64,000 bases of DNA from assembly GCA_041687695.1 (NCBI GenBank), contig JAWLBL010000011.1, forward strand, positions 101,716 through 165,715. Direction: 5' to 3'. A program made the position numbers and the translations under genes. Shown here piece by piece: positions 1 to 9,437 of the stretch. Numbering within the stretch: position 1 is the stretch's first letter; each line of letters opens with the position of its first letter. Below the pieces are notes generated by a model, which saw only the letters and a program-made list of their open reading frames with translations, had not been told where the DNA came from and made no database searches. The DNA is from Myxococcota bacterium. GTDB taxonomy: Bacteria; Myxococcota_A; UBA9042; PHBI01; JAWLBL01.

Positions 1-1450
1 CAAGCTCGCGGATCTGTACTTCAAGCAAAAGGAGCTCGACCGCGCGGTCCAGACCTTCATGGAGTGCGCCGGCTTCTACGAGAAGCAGGGCTTCATGCAG
101 AAGGCGGTCGCGGTCTACAAGCAGGTCATCGGCATCGTGCCCGATCGGCCCGAGCTCTACACCGCCCTCGCGGGCAACTACCAGAAGCTGGGGCTGCTCA
201 ACGAGGCGGCCGCGCAGCTCGGCGAGGCGCTCAAGGTCCTCGAGACCCGCGGCGATCAGGCGGCCAAGCTCGGCATCATCCGCCAGATGCTGGATCTGGA
301 CCCCGACAACCTGCCCGACCGCATCCGCCTCGCCGAGGCCTACAGCAAGCTGGGCAAGAACCTCGAGGCCGTGCGCGAGCTGCGCAAGGTCGCCGACGCC
401 CTCGACAAGGCCGGCGACAGCCGCAGCTTCGAGCGCATCGCCGAGCGGCTGCTGTACCACCAGCCCGACGACGCGGCGATGGCCAAGAAGCTGGCCACGA
501 GCTACCTCGACGCCGAGCAGCCGCAGCGCGCGCTGCCCAAGCTGAAGATCGCCTACAAGCAGTCGAGCCAGGACGTCGAGACGCTCGAGATGGTCGCGCG
601 CTCCTTCGAGCAGCTCGGCCAGCTGCACAAGGCGGTGACCGTCCTGCGCGAGCTGGCGCGGGTGTACGGCAAGAGCGGCCTCGAGGCCGAGCGCGACGAG
701 TGCTACTCGCGCATCCTGAACCTGGACCCGACCGACGAGTCGGCGCGCGAGGCGCTGGGCGAGACCGGCGAGGCCGCGGGCGACACCATCGAGTTCGACA
801 ACGCCGAGGTCCGCGCCCGCTCGGGCGCCAAGGTGCCGACGACCCCGCCGGCCCCGCCGCGCGCCCCCTCGCATGCCAGGGTGCCGACGACCCCGCCGGC
901 GCCGCCGCGCGCCCCCTCGCATGCCAGGGTGCCGACCGGACCGGTGGCGCCGCCGGCCGCCGTCGCCGACGACAGCGAGCTCGACGACATGATCGCGGCC
1001 GCGTCCGGCCTGAAGAAGGCCGCCGCCCCGGTGCCGCCGGCGCCCCGGCCTGCGCCGCGTCCGGCCGCGCCGCCGGTCGCCAAGGCCCCGCCGCCCAAGG
1101 CCGTCGTGCCCGCCAAGGCGGCCGACGACCTCGACTGGGACGACGACGACGATGACGACGACGTCGGCTTCGGCGAGGGCACCGGCGAGCAGACGATGGT
1201 CGACAACCTGTTCATCCCGCCGGACGTGCTCAAGAAGGTGCAGGACGGGCTGGACTGGGCCAAGCCCAGCGAGGACACCGCCGGCCCCGAGCTGGACAAG
1301 GATCTGCGCGAGGAGCTGCGGGAGCTGGACTTCTACATCAAGAACGGCCTGAAGGACGAGGCGCTCGTCCTGGTCGGCGAGCTCAAGCAGAAGTACGGCA
1401 ACCACCCGTCGGTGAGCGAGCGGGCGAGCCAGGTCGCGGGGATGGCCTGA
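1..1450 (+). CDS. TPR-repeat protein with Pro/Ala-rich linker and acidic C-terminal region (5'-truncated by window edge)
   Basis: Frame is open from the window start. TPR-like helical repeats (KAVAVYKQVI, RIRLAEAYSKLG, ILNLDPTD). C-terminal 'ELDFYIKNGLKDEA' resembles myxobacterial TPR proteins. Confidence 0.75.
   Translation, partial: KLADLYFKQKELDRAVQTFMECAGFYEKQGFMQKAVAVYKQVIGIVPDRPELYTALAGNYQKLGLLNEAAAQLGEALKVLETRGDQAAKLGIIRQMLDLDPDNLPDRIRLAEAYSKLGKNLEAVRELRKVADALDKAGDSRSFERIAERLLYHQPDDAAMAKKLATSYLDAEQPQRALPKLKIAYKQSSQDVETLEMVARSFEQLGQLHKAVTVLRELARVYGKSGLEAERDECYSRILNLDPTDESAREALGETGEAAGDTIEFDNAEVRARSGAKVPTTPPAPPRAPSHARVPTTPPAPPRAPSHARVPTGPVAPPAAVADDSELDDMIAAASGLKKAAAPVPPAPRPAPRPAAPPVAKAPPPKAVVPAKAADDLDWDDDDDDDDVGFGEGTGEQTMVDNLFIPPDVLKKVQDGLDWAKPSEDTAGPELDKDLREELRELDFYIKNGLKDEALVLVGELKQKYGNHPSVSERASQVAGMA
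827..937 (+). repeat. 48-bp coding tandem repeat (A[K/R]VPTTPPAPPRAPSH), about 2.3 copies
   Basis: Units start at 827, 875 and 923 and are nearly identical. Confidence 0.9.
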
Positions 1451-1514
1451 GCCAGGGATCGGGGCGGCGTCGACCCCCGGCGCGCGGGCGCCGGGGTCCA
1501 TTGGGGTACGAGCG

Positions 1515-2651
1515 ATGACGGATCGGGACGACGCGCTGCGGGTCGAGGAGCAGGCGCTCTTCGAGCAGGAGCAGGCGCTCATCGAGATGGAGGCGCAGCT
1601 GCACGCCCAGGAGGAGGGGCTCGCCCAGATGGAGCGGGCCTTCCTCAAGCGCAACCAGAGCCTCGTGCCGCTCCTGAGCTACGTGGCCGACCAGGAGAAG
1701 AGCCTGATCGGGCGCGCCGAGGCGATCGGCCCCAAGGCCAAGCGCCTGGCCGAGCAGCGCCTGAGCCAGCAGGGCGGGCAGGAGCTGCCGTCGGCGGCGC
1801 TGGGCAAGCTCGACGAGCGGGGTGTCCTGGTCGAGCGGCGGCGCGAGCTGCTGGCGGCGCGGATGGAGCTCATCGAGGAGCGCGAGTCGCTGTACGCGGG
1901 GCGGCTCGAGCTGCTCGAGGGCGCCGACGCGCGCTTCGGCAACCTGCAGGACAAGCTGCTCGCCCGCGAGAAGGTCATCACCGAGACGCTGCGCGAGCTG
2001 ATCACGCGCGCCTCGGATCTGTCGACCGACGAGGGGGACGACAGCGACGACGAGGACCCGCACCCAGCGGGCTCGCGACCGGCCCCCATGCCGCGCCCGC
2101 AGGTCGCCCAGGCCCGCCAGCCCGCGACCGACGAGCGCATCCCCCCGAACCTGAACGCGCCCCGCAAGACCGAGCGCGAGCGTGAGTCTCTCGTCGTCTC
2201 GCGCGGCCCGATGACGGTCACGGCGGGGCAGGTCGAGGGCGGCGGCGGCGGCGCCCGGGTCTCGAGCCCGTCGCGGGCCGAGGACCAGGCGGCGCTCAAG
2301 CGACGCGGCGCGCCCATCGGCGCGGCGCACCAGTTCCGGATCACGCTCGAGGCCGTCCTCGGGCCCGGCGAGAAGCACACCTTCTTCCGCTACCGCGACG
2401 ACGGCCCCGAGGACCTGCCGGGGCTGTTCCTCTCGACGCCCAACCTGCTCAAGGAGGGGCGCGAGGTGAAGGTGAAGATTAAGTTCGACGACGGGGCGCT
2501 GCTCGAGACGATGGGTGTCGTCTCTTGGCGGCGGCTGCCGAGCGAGAAGCAGGGGCCGCCGGGCATGGGCATCGAGCTAGCGAGCCTGTCGGGCGGCGAG
2601 AAGGCCAAGCTGGGCGACTGGCTCAAGCGCAACCCGCCGGTCGTGGTCTGA
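1515..2651 (+). CDS. Coiled-coil protein with C-terminal PilZ-like (TIGR02266-type) domain
   Basis: Heptad-rich N-terminal half. C-terminal GLFLSTP...GREVKVKI...VVSWRR...PPGMGIEL. Confidence 0.7.
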   Translation: MTDRDDALRVEEQALFEQEQALIEMEAQLHAQEEGLAQMERAFLKRNQSLVPLLSYVADQEKSLIGRAEAIGPKAKRLAEQRLSQQGGQELPSAALGKLDERGVLVERRRELLAARMELIEERESLYAGRLELLEGADARFGNLQDKLLAREKVITETLRELITRASDLSTDEGDDSDDEDPHPAGSRPAPMPRPQVAQARQPATDERIPPNLNAPRKTERERESLVVSRGPMTVTAGQVEGGGGGARVSSPSRAEDQAALKRRGAPIGAAHQFRITLEAVLGPGEKHTFFRYRDDGPEDLPGLFLSTPNLLKEGREVKVKIKFDDGALLETMGVVSWRRLPSEKQGPPGMGIELASLSGGEKAKLGDWLKRNPPVVV

Positions 2652-2676
2652 GACCGCGAGGCAGGAGGACACAGCG

Positions 2677-3849
2677 ATGACGGCGACCATCGAGCCCGTG
2701 CAGATTTCCTTGCTGACCGACAACGGCAGCCTGCCCGACCCCGAGGCGGTGCTGGCGCGCTTCGCCGATCACTACGCCGAGGCGCTGGTGCGGCACCGCG
2801 AGCTGGCGCAGCGGCTGGCGATCCAGGCGGCCGACGTGGACGCCGCGGCCGAGGCGCTCGAGGACGTGGCCGACTTCGAGTCGCTGATGGCCGACACGGC
2901 CGTGGCGCTGGACGTCGGCGAGCCCGAGGACACGCTCGACGGCGAGGTCGGCGTGGCGGCCGAGGCGCCGGAGGGCGCTGCGGCCGAGGGCTTCGAGGGC
3001 GAGGCCTTCGAGGCGGCCAGCTTCGAGGGCGAGGCCTTCGAGGCGGCCAGCTTCGAGGGCGAGGCCTTCGAGGCGGCCAGCTTCGAGGGCGAGGCCTTCG
3101 AGGCGGCCAGCTTCGACGCGGCCAGCTTCGACGCGGCGCCGATCGTGGAGGTCGCCGAGACGGGCGAGCTGGACATGCCGGCGCTCTTCGACACGAACGG
3201 CGGCGAGGCGCCGATGGACTGGGACGCGCTGCAGGCGGCCCCGGTCCCCGAGGTGCAGGCCTTCGAGGGCTTCGAGGGTCTCGAGGCCGAGCCGGTGGAG
3301 GCCGCCGAGGCGGAGCCGGTGGGAGCCGTCGAGGCGGAGGCCGTCGCCTACGCCGCGCCGGACGAGGCCGCGTCGAGCGACTACGGCTTCGCCGAGCTCG
3401 AGGCGCAGGAGGCGACCCCGGTGCCGTTCGCGGCGCCGCCGGCGGTCGAGGCCGAGGAGATCGGCTTCGACGAGGCCTTCGAGGCGACGCCCGTGCCGGC
3501 GTCGGCGCTGGACGGGGACGAGGCGCCCCCGTTCGATCTGGCGGCCGCCGAGGTGACGCCGGTGCCGGTGGCGGCGACGCCGGACGACGCGACGGCGATG
3601 TTCGACATCGCCGACCTGCCGGACGAGCTGGTGGAGGAGGCCGTCGCCGGGGACGCCGACGTCCAGGAGGCGACGACGATGTTCAGCATCGACGACCTGC
3701 CCGACGACGACGAGCTCGACGGCGAGGTGCTCGAGCTCGGCGCCGACGACGAGGTCGGCGACGAGGGGGCGGCCGAGGCGGCCCCCGAGCCGGCGGCGGA
3801 GGGCGCCCCGCGCTCCGGCCGCAAGGGCCGCAAGAAGAAGAAGAAGTAG
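2677..3849 (+). CDS. Highly acidic low-complexity hypothetical protein with basic C-terminal tail
   Basis: GGAGGA RBS upstream and typical codon usage. E/D/A-rich, ending GRKGRKKKKK. Confidence 0.7.
   Translation: MTATIEPVQISLLTDNGSLPDPEAVLARFADHYAEALVRHRELAQRLAIQAADVDAAAEALEDVADFESLMADTAVALDVGEPEDTLDGEVGVAAEAPEGAAAEGFEGEAFEAASFEGEAFEAASFEGEAFEAASFEGEAFEAASFDAASFDAAPIVEVAETGELDMPALFDTNGGEAPMDWDALQAAPVPEVQAFEGFEGLEAEPVEAAEAEPVGAVEAEAVAYAAPDEAASSDYGFAELEAQEATPVPFAAPPAVEAEEIGFDEAFEATPVPASALDGDEAPPFDLAAAEVTPVPVAATPDDATAMFDIADLPDELVEEAVAGDADVQEATTMFSIDDLPDDDELDGEVLELGADDEVGDEGAAEAAPEPAAEGAPRSGRKGRKKKKK
2991..3130 (+). repeat. 30-bp coding tandem repeat (FEGEAFEAAS) x4 plus partial
   Basis: cttcgagggcgaggccttcgaggcggccag repeated exactly. 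Confidence 0.95.
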
Positions 3850-3866
3850 GCGGAGCCCGCTCACGC

Positions 3867-5249
3867 ATGAGCAGCCACGAGGGGTCAGGCGACTTCACTC
3901 CGGTCCGCACGTTCGCGCAGCTCGCCGAGGCCCACGCCAGGGGCGAGCGCGCGCGTGACGGCTGGCTGGTCGGCGCCGAGTACGAGAAGTTCGGGTTCGT
4001 CGGCGGCGAGCCGCTGCGCTACCGATCGCGGCGGGGCCGGCCGGGCATCGAGACGCTGTTCGCGGCGCTCGAGGAGCGCGGCTGGGAGGCGCTGCGCGAT
4101 CGCGACGTGGTCGTCGGGATGCGGCGGGGCAAGGCCTCCATCGCGCTCGAGCCGGGCGGGCAGGTCGAGCTGAGCGGGTCGCCGCTGCCGACGGTGCACG
4201 AGGTGGTCGCCGAGATGACGGCCTACGAGGCCGACCTCGAGGCGGTGCGCTCGGACGTCCCGGTGCGCTGGGTGTGGGCCGGCGCGCAGCCGGTGCACGC
4301 GAACGAGGCCCTCGACTTCATGCCCAAGCGCCGCTACGCGTTCATGCGGCGCTACCTGCCGACGCGCGGCCGGCTGGCCCTGACGATGATGCAGGCGACC
4401 AGCACGGTGCAGGCCAACTTCGACTACGACGGCGAGCGCGACATGGGGCGCAAGCTGCGTGTCGGCATGGGGCTGTCGTCCATCGTCAACGCGATGTTCG
4501 CCAACTCGCCCCTGCGCGACGGCAAGCCCAGCGGGTTCCGCTCGTTCCGGGCGATGGTCTGGGAGGAGACCGATCCCGACCGGTGCGGCCTGCTGCCGTG
4601 GGTGTTCGACGGCGAGGCGCCGACCTACGAGCGCTACGCCGAGTGGGCCGCGCGCGTGCCGATGTTCTTCATCCTGCGGGGCGGCGAGCTGGTCGAGCCG
4701 GGCGGGATGACCTTCTGCGACTTCATGAAGGGCGGCCTCGAGGGCCAGGAGCCGACGCTCGAGGACTGGAGCCTGCACCTGTCGACGCTGTTCCCCGAGG
4801 TGCGGCTGAAGACCTACCTCGAGGTGCGCAGCGCCGACTGCGTGCCGCCGCGGCTGCTCCCGGCGCTGCCGGCCTTGTGGAAGGGCGTGCTGTACGACGA
4901 CGTGGCGCTGGACGCGGCCTGGGACCTGGTCCGCAAGTGGACCTTCGGGCAGCGCGTCGACCACCGCCGCGCGGCCGCCAAGCACGCGCTCGCCGCCGAC
5001 ACCCCGCAGGGCTACGCCACGCGCGAGCTGGCGCGCGAGCTCATCGCCATCGCCCGCTTCGGGCTCGAGCGGCAGGCCAAGCTCCGCGGCCACGAGCCCG
5101 AGGGCGCCTTCCTCGACCCGCTCGAGCGCCTGGTCGACGCCGGCGAGACCCTGGCCGACCGGACGCTGGCCTGGTGGAACGCGGACGAGCGCTCGCCCGC
5201 CGACATCCTGCGGCACTACGACCGCGACTGGCTCGAGGTCTGGGGCTGA
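3867..5249 (+). CDS. gshA: Glutamate--cysteine ligase (GCS2, plant/alphaproteobacterial type)
   Basis: GAEYEKF, LEPGGQVELSG, TVQANFDY, MFANSP, HLSTLFPEVRLKTYLEVR. Confidence 0.92.
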   Translation: MSSHEGSGDFTPVRTFAQLAEAHARGERARDGWLVGAEYEKFGFVGGEPLRYRSRRGRPGIETLFAALEERGWEALRDRDVVVGMRRGKASIALEPGGQVELSGSPLPTVHEVVAEMTAYEADLEAVRSDVPVRWVWAGAQPVHANEALDFMPKRRYAFMRRYLPTRGRLALTMMQATSTVQANFDYDGERDMGRKLRVGMGLSSIVNAMFANSPLRDGKPSGFRSFRAMVWEETDPDRCGLLPWVFDGEAPTYERYAEWAARVPMFFILRGGELVEPGGMTFCDFMKGGLEGQEPTLEDWSLHLSTLFPEVRLKTYLEVRSADCVPPRLLPALPALWKGVLYDDVALDAAWDLVRKWTFGQRVDHRRAAAKHALAADTPQGYATRELARELIAIARFGLERQAKLRGHEPEGAFLDPLERLVDAGETLADRTLAWWNADERSPADILRHYDRDWLEVWG

Positions 5250-5277
5250 GCGGGGCCGCGGCCGCGCGGCGCCCGGG

Positions 5278-6930
5278 TCAGTCGAACCGGCTCGAGACGG
5301 CCGCGCCCGCGCCACGCGCCGTGACGTAGTCCGAGCGGAAGACCGAGTAGTCGATCTCCTGGAAGGCGGCGTTCTTCCACTCGAGCTCGCCCAGCCAGCC
5401 CTCTTCGATGCGTCCCTCGGTCACCTGCAGGTACAGGCCGTTGAAGTTGTGGACGTGGTCGCGCGTGCGCTTGATGGCGTAGGGCACCGTCGTCTTCATC
5501 GTCATGATGAAGGCCCAGTCGCTGGCCTGGGCGAGCAGCAGCTCGCGGGCCGCCTGGTTCAGCGCCCGCCGCTCGAGGTCCGTCGGGTTCGAGTAGCGCA
5601 TCGCCAGCTCGGCCATGCGCTCCTCGGCGCGGTGCAGGTGCTTGTAGATCCAGGCGTTGTCGCCGTTGAGCCACACGCCGTAGAAGCCCTTGTCGCCCCA
5701 GGAGCTGGCGGCGGGCGTGCAGATCTGGGCCGTCGGGTTGTCGGCCAGCCACTGCCGCGGCGTCGTCAGGCGCAGCTCCTGCTGGTCGAAGGCGGCCTTG
5801 CGGAAGAACATCTCGAGGAAGGTCGGCCCCTCGAACCACCAGTGGCCGAACAGCTCGGCGTCATAGGGCGCCACCAGGTGCGGGTGCACCCCCAGCTGCC
5901 CATTGAGGTGCCGCAGCTGCGCCTGCCGGTTGAACAGGAAGTTGCCGGCGTGCTCGGCGGCCTTGCTCGCCGCGGCCGACGGGAAGTAGGGCTGCTTGTC
6001 CTGCAGATCCACCTTGCCGGTGATGCGGTGGTACTTCAGGCCCACGTTGCGGCGGACGCCGTCGTGGATGATGGGCCGCACGTCCTCCTCGGGGGCCTCC
6101 CAGCCGGCGTCGCGGTAGAACTCGCGGTAGTCGGCGTCGCCCGGGTAGCCCTCGTCGGCCGACCAGACCTGCTTGGAGCACTCGGGGTCGCGCCCGAAGG
6201 CGGCGACGCCGCTCTCGCAGAAGACCGGGCGGTAGTGGCCGAACTTGGGGCGCGGCGTGGCGAAGGTCAGGCCGTGGGTCTCGGTGAAGAAGAAGCGGAT
6301 GCCCGCCTCGGCCAGCACGCGGTCCAGGCCCGGCGCGTAGGCGCACTCGGGCAGCCAGATGCCGTCGGGGTCGCGGTCGAAGTGCTTGCGGTAGTTGGCG
6401 CGCGCGACCTGGACCTGCGCCCGCCGCCCCTCGTCGGTCGCCATCAGCGGCAGGTAGCCGTGGGTCGCCCCGCAGGTCACGATGCACAGGCGCCCCTCGT
6501 CCTGGTGGCGCTTGAAGCCCTTCAGGACGTTGCGGCCGTAGCGCCCCTCCCAGATCTCGCGCACCTCCTCGAGCTCGCGCACGTAGAAGTCGGCCGCCTC
6601 GGCGAACGGCGTGCCGCGCCGGCGGTCGGCCTCCTTGGCCGCCAGCTCGAGCAGATCCTGCAGCCGCTTGCCGTAGCGCTGCTGCAACAGCGGGTCGGCC
6701 AGCATCTCGGCCAGGGGGGGCGTAATCGACATCGTCAGCGCGAACGGGACGCCATCGGCCTCGAGGCGGTCCATCATCCGCAAGAGCGGGACGTAGGTCT
6801 CGGTGATGGCCTCGTAGAGCCAGTCCTCCTCGAGGAAGGACTCGTACTCCGGGTGGCGCACGTAGGGCAGGTGCGCGTGGAGCACGAGCGAAAGCGACCC
6901 GACGGGTGCTTGCAGGCTAGGCATCTTCAA
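5278..6930 (-). CDS. GH57 1,4-alpha-glucan branching enzyme (DUF1957 type); alternative start ATG 6924
   Basis: LHAHLPYVRHPE, EAITETY, GIWLPECAY, PYDAELFGHWWFEGP, ARELLLAQASDWAF. Confidence 0.92.
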   Translation of the reverse strand: MKMPSLQAPVGSLSLVLHAHLPYVRHPEYESFLEEDWLYEAITETYVPLLRMMDRLEADGVPFALTMSITPPLAEMLADPLLQQRYGKRLQDLLELAAKEADRRRGTPFAEAADFYVRELEEVREIWEGRYGRNVLKGFKRHQDEGRLCIVTCGATHGYLPLMATDEGRRAQVQVARANYRKHFDRDPDGIWLPECAYAPGLDRVLAEAGIRFFFTETHGLTFATPRPKFGHYRPVFCESGVAAFGRDPECSKQVWSADEGYPGDADYREFYRDAGWEAPEEDVRPIIHDGVRRNVGLKYHRITGKVDLQDKQPYFPSAAASKAAEHAGNFLFNRQAQLRHLNGQLGVHPHLVAPYDAELFGHWWFEGPTFLEMFFRKAAFDQQELRLTTPRQWLADNPTAQICTPAASSWGDKGFYGVWLNGDNAWIYKHLHRAEERMAELAMRYSNPTDLERRALNQAARELLLAQASDWAFIMTMKTTVPYAIKRTRDHVHNFNGLYLQVTEGRIEEGWLGELEWKNAAFQEIDYSVFRSDYVTARGAGAAVSSRFD

Positions 6931-7011
6931 TACCCCCCTTCCGAGGTGGGCGACGGCGGTAGGCGAAGGAAGCGGCGAATGCGGCGCGAGCGCGGGAGCG
7001 TGCGAGGGGGC

Positions 7012-7536
7012 TCAGCGGCCGCTGGTCGTGTAGAGCCACGGCGGGACGCCGTCGAGGGGCCAGGCGGCGGTGCCCTCGATGCCCTGGGCCGGCGCCAGGT
7101 GTCCCTCGCGGTCCAGCGAGCCCCAGGCCTCGTCGGTGGCGTCGCTGGGCCGGTTGCGCGGCATCGTGAAGCCCAGCTCGGCGACGAAGTGGCGCCCGTC
7201 GCCGGTCAGCGCCTCGAGCAGCAGGCGCCCCTCGGTCCCGGGCGGCAGCTCGAGCCAGGCGTCGGAGCAGTCGCCGGGGACCTCGACGCAGCGCACGATG
7301 TCGCCGTGGGGCGTCAGCGCCGTCACCGCGAACTTGTGCGGCCTCCAGCCGTCCAGCTCCCAGTAGACGAACAGGCGCTCGGGGTCTCGGATCATCAGCC
7401 GCACGCGACGGCCGGGGTACCCCTCGGGCAGGGGCTTGCCGTAGTCGATGAACGGGGCGTTGGCCTCGGCGTCGGCCGTGTCGGCCCCCAGCGGCGGGTG
7501 GCCGTGGTCGCGCTTGGAGAAGAGGTCGCTGGACAT
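7012..7536 (-). CDS. DUF4912-like protein
   Basis: LPEGY...VRLMIRDPERLFVYWE; this family commonly lies upstream of GH57 branching enzymes. Confidence 0.7.
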   Translation of the reverse strand: MSSDLFSKRDHGHPPLGADTADAEANAPFIDYGKPLPEGYPGRRVRLMIRDPERLFVYWELDGWRPHKFAVTALTPHGDIVRCVEVPGDCSDAWLELPPGTEGRLLLEALTGDGRHFVAELGFTMPRNRPSDATDEAWGSLDREGHLAPAQGIEGTAAWPLDGVPPWLYTTSGR

Positions 7537-7567
7537 CGCGAGGGCTCCCGGGAAGCTGACCGGTGGG

Positions 7568-8221
7568 CTACTTCACTTCGGACAGGATCGTGCAGCTGCT
7601 CTGGGTTGCGAGCGTCTGGTTGAGCCACTGAGTCACGTTCGTGCCCGTCCCGCAGGAATCATAAACACCGCTGTAGGCGGCGCAGTCGTCGAGGGTCACG
7701 CACCCACGCTGACAAATCCAAGTGAGGGTGAGGTTGTAGCTTGCGAACGCCGAATTATTTAGGTTCAGGCACTGATTATCGAGGCCGTTGGCCCCCTTCC
7801 CGCAGTCCCCATCGCATTCGCGGGTGCAGAAGCGGAAGTCACCCAGGTAGGCCTCGTCGTAGCAGTACCCCGTCTCGCACTCGCAGTGACGCCCGCAGGC
7901 CGCGCCGATGGGCTTGGTGGCCTCGAAGGCGGGCTCGCACACCCACTCGGGGTCGGGCGCCGTATCGACGGCCACGTCCTTGGGCGGCTGCGAGGTGTCC
8001 TTGGGCGGCTGCGAGGTGTCCTTGGGCGGCTGCGACGTGTCCTGCGGCGGGGCCGCGTCCGTCGTGCCGGTCGAGGTGTCCTCGATGGGGTCGATGATGC
8101 AGCGGTTGCCCTCGATGCGGCCCTCGCAGACCACCTCGTTGACGCCGCCGCAGGCGACCAGGGCGGGCATCGTCCAGGCCACGGCTCCCAGAGCCGCGAG
8201 TCCAACCAGCGCGCGCGTCAT
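7568..8221 (-). CDS. Cys-rich lipoprotein with PP(K/Q)DTSQ linker
   Basis: ATG 8221 after GGAGG. Lipobox LVAC, 21-bp PPKDTSQ repeats, many Cys in the C-terminal half. Confidence 0.75.
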   Translation of the reverse strand: MTRALVGLAALGAVAWTMPALVACGGVNEVVCEGRIEGNRCIIDPIEDTSTGTTDAAPPQDTSQPPKDTSQPPKDTSQPPKDVAVDTAPDPEWVCEPAFEATKPIGAACGRHCECETGYCYDEAYLGDFRFCTRECDGDCGKGANGLDNQCLNLNNSAFASYNLTLTWICQRGCVTLDDCAAYSGVYDSCGTGTNVTQWLNQTLATQSSCTILSEVK

Positions 8222-8295
8222 CCCACCCTCCGCGGGTCCGGGGGCCGCCGGCGCGCGCCCGGGGTGGACGCGCGCCGCGCGGACCATGGCCCGCC

Positions 8296-9270
8296 TTATA
8301 GCAGATCGGCGACGGCGCTGCGCTCCTCGAGGAGCTCGTCCAGCGAGCGCTTCATGCGCGCCCGGGTGGCGTCCGACACGTTCAGGTCGCGGACGATCTC
8401 GTACTGCCAGCGGCCGGTGATGCGGACCGGGAAGCTGTAGATGAGGCCCTCGGGGATGTCGTAGCTGCCGTCCGAGGGGACGGCCATCGAGACGATCTGG
8501 TCGGTGCCGAGGAACCAGTCGCGGATGTGGTCGATGGCGGCCGAGGCGGCCGAGGCGGCCGAGGACTTGCCGCGGGCGTTGATGACGGCCTTGCCGCGGG
8601 TGCGCACGGTCGTGTCGAACTCGCCGGCGAGCCAGGCGGCGTCGAGGGCGTCGGCCGCCGACTTGCCGCCGACGGTGCCGACGCTGACGTCGGGGACCAT
8701 CGTGTCGGAGTGGTTGCCCCAGATGAAGACGTCGCGGACGTCGCCGGGGGTCACGCCCAGCTTCTTGGCGATCTGGCCCACGGCGCGGTTCTGATCGAGC
8801 CGGGTCATCGCCGTGAAGTTGCGGGCGGGGACGCGCTTGGCCTGGGCCTTGGCGATGAGGCAGTTGGTGTTGCAGGGGTTGCCGACGACGATGACCTTGG
8901 CGTCCTCGGCGGCGGCCTGGTCGATGGCCTGGCCCTGGCCGGTGAAGATGGGGCCGTTGTCGCGGATGAGGTCGGCGCGGTCCATGCCGGGGCCGCGCGG
9001 CTTGGAGCCGACGAGCATGACGATGTCGGCGTCCTTGAAGGCCCGCTTCGGGTCGTCGGCGATCTCGAGCCCGTGCAGGGTCGGGAAGGCGCAGTCGGTC
9101 AGCTCCATCGCGACGCCCTCGAGGGCTTGCATGGCGACGGGCAGCTCGAGCAGCTGAAGGATCACGGGCTGGTCGGGACCGAGCATGTCGCCGGCGGCGA
9201 TGCGGTCGACGAGGCTGTAACCGATCTGGCCGGCTGCGCCGGTCACGGCGACGCGGAGGGGCTTGGTCAT
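8296..9270 (-). CDS. mdh: Malate dehydrogenase
   Basis: [46 protein letters not shown]. Confidence 0.96.
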   Translation of the reverse strand: MTKPLRVAVTGAAGQIGYSLVDRIAAGDMLGPDQPVILQLLELPVAMQALEGVAMELTDCAFPTLHGLEIADDPKRAFKDADIVMLVGSKPRGPGMDRADLIRDNGPIFTGQGQAIDQAAAEDAKVIVVGNPCNTNCLIAKAQAKRVPARNFTAMTRLDQNRAVGQIAKKLGVTPGDVRDVFIWGNHSDTMVPDVSVGTVGGKSAADALDAAWLAGEFDTTVRTRGKAVINARGKSSAASAASAAIDHIRDWFLGTDQIVSMAVPSDGSYDIPEGLIYSFPVRITGRWQYEIVRDLNVSDATRARMKRSLDELLEERSAVADLL

Positions 9271-9378
9271 CTCGCGGCTCCCAGAGGGCTGTGAAACCAG
9301 TGGTGGATGGGGGTTCCCGGAATGGACGCCGACCTAGCACATCGCCTGGGGAGCGTCCACGGTCGAGGAGGTGACGGC

Positions 9379-9408
9379 CTGACACGGGGGCCTGCGGCCT
9401 GCTATGCT
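9379..9408 (+). promoter_or_regulatory. Putative sigma70-type promoter of the kinase gene
   Basis: CTGACA-N18-TATGCT about 30 bp upstream of ATG 9438. The same TATGCT occurs at 26962 upstream of the Cys-rich gene. Confidence 0.35.
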
Positions 9409-9437
9409 GCCGCCCGGCTCGAGGGGGACGAGGCGCG

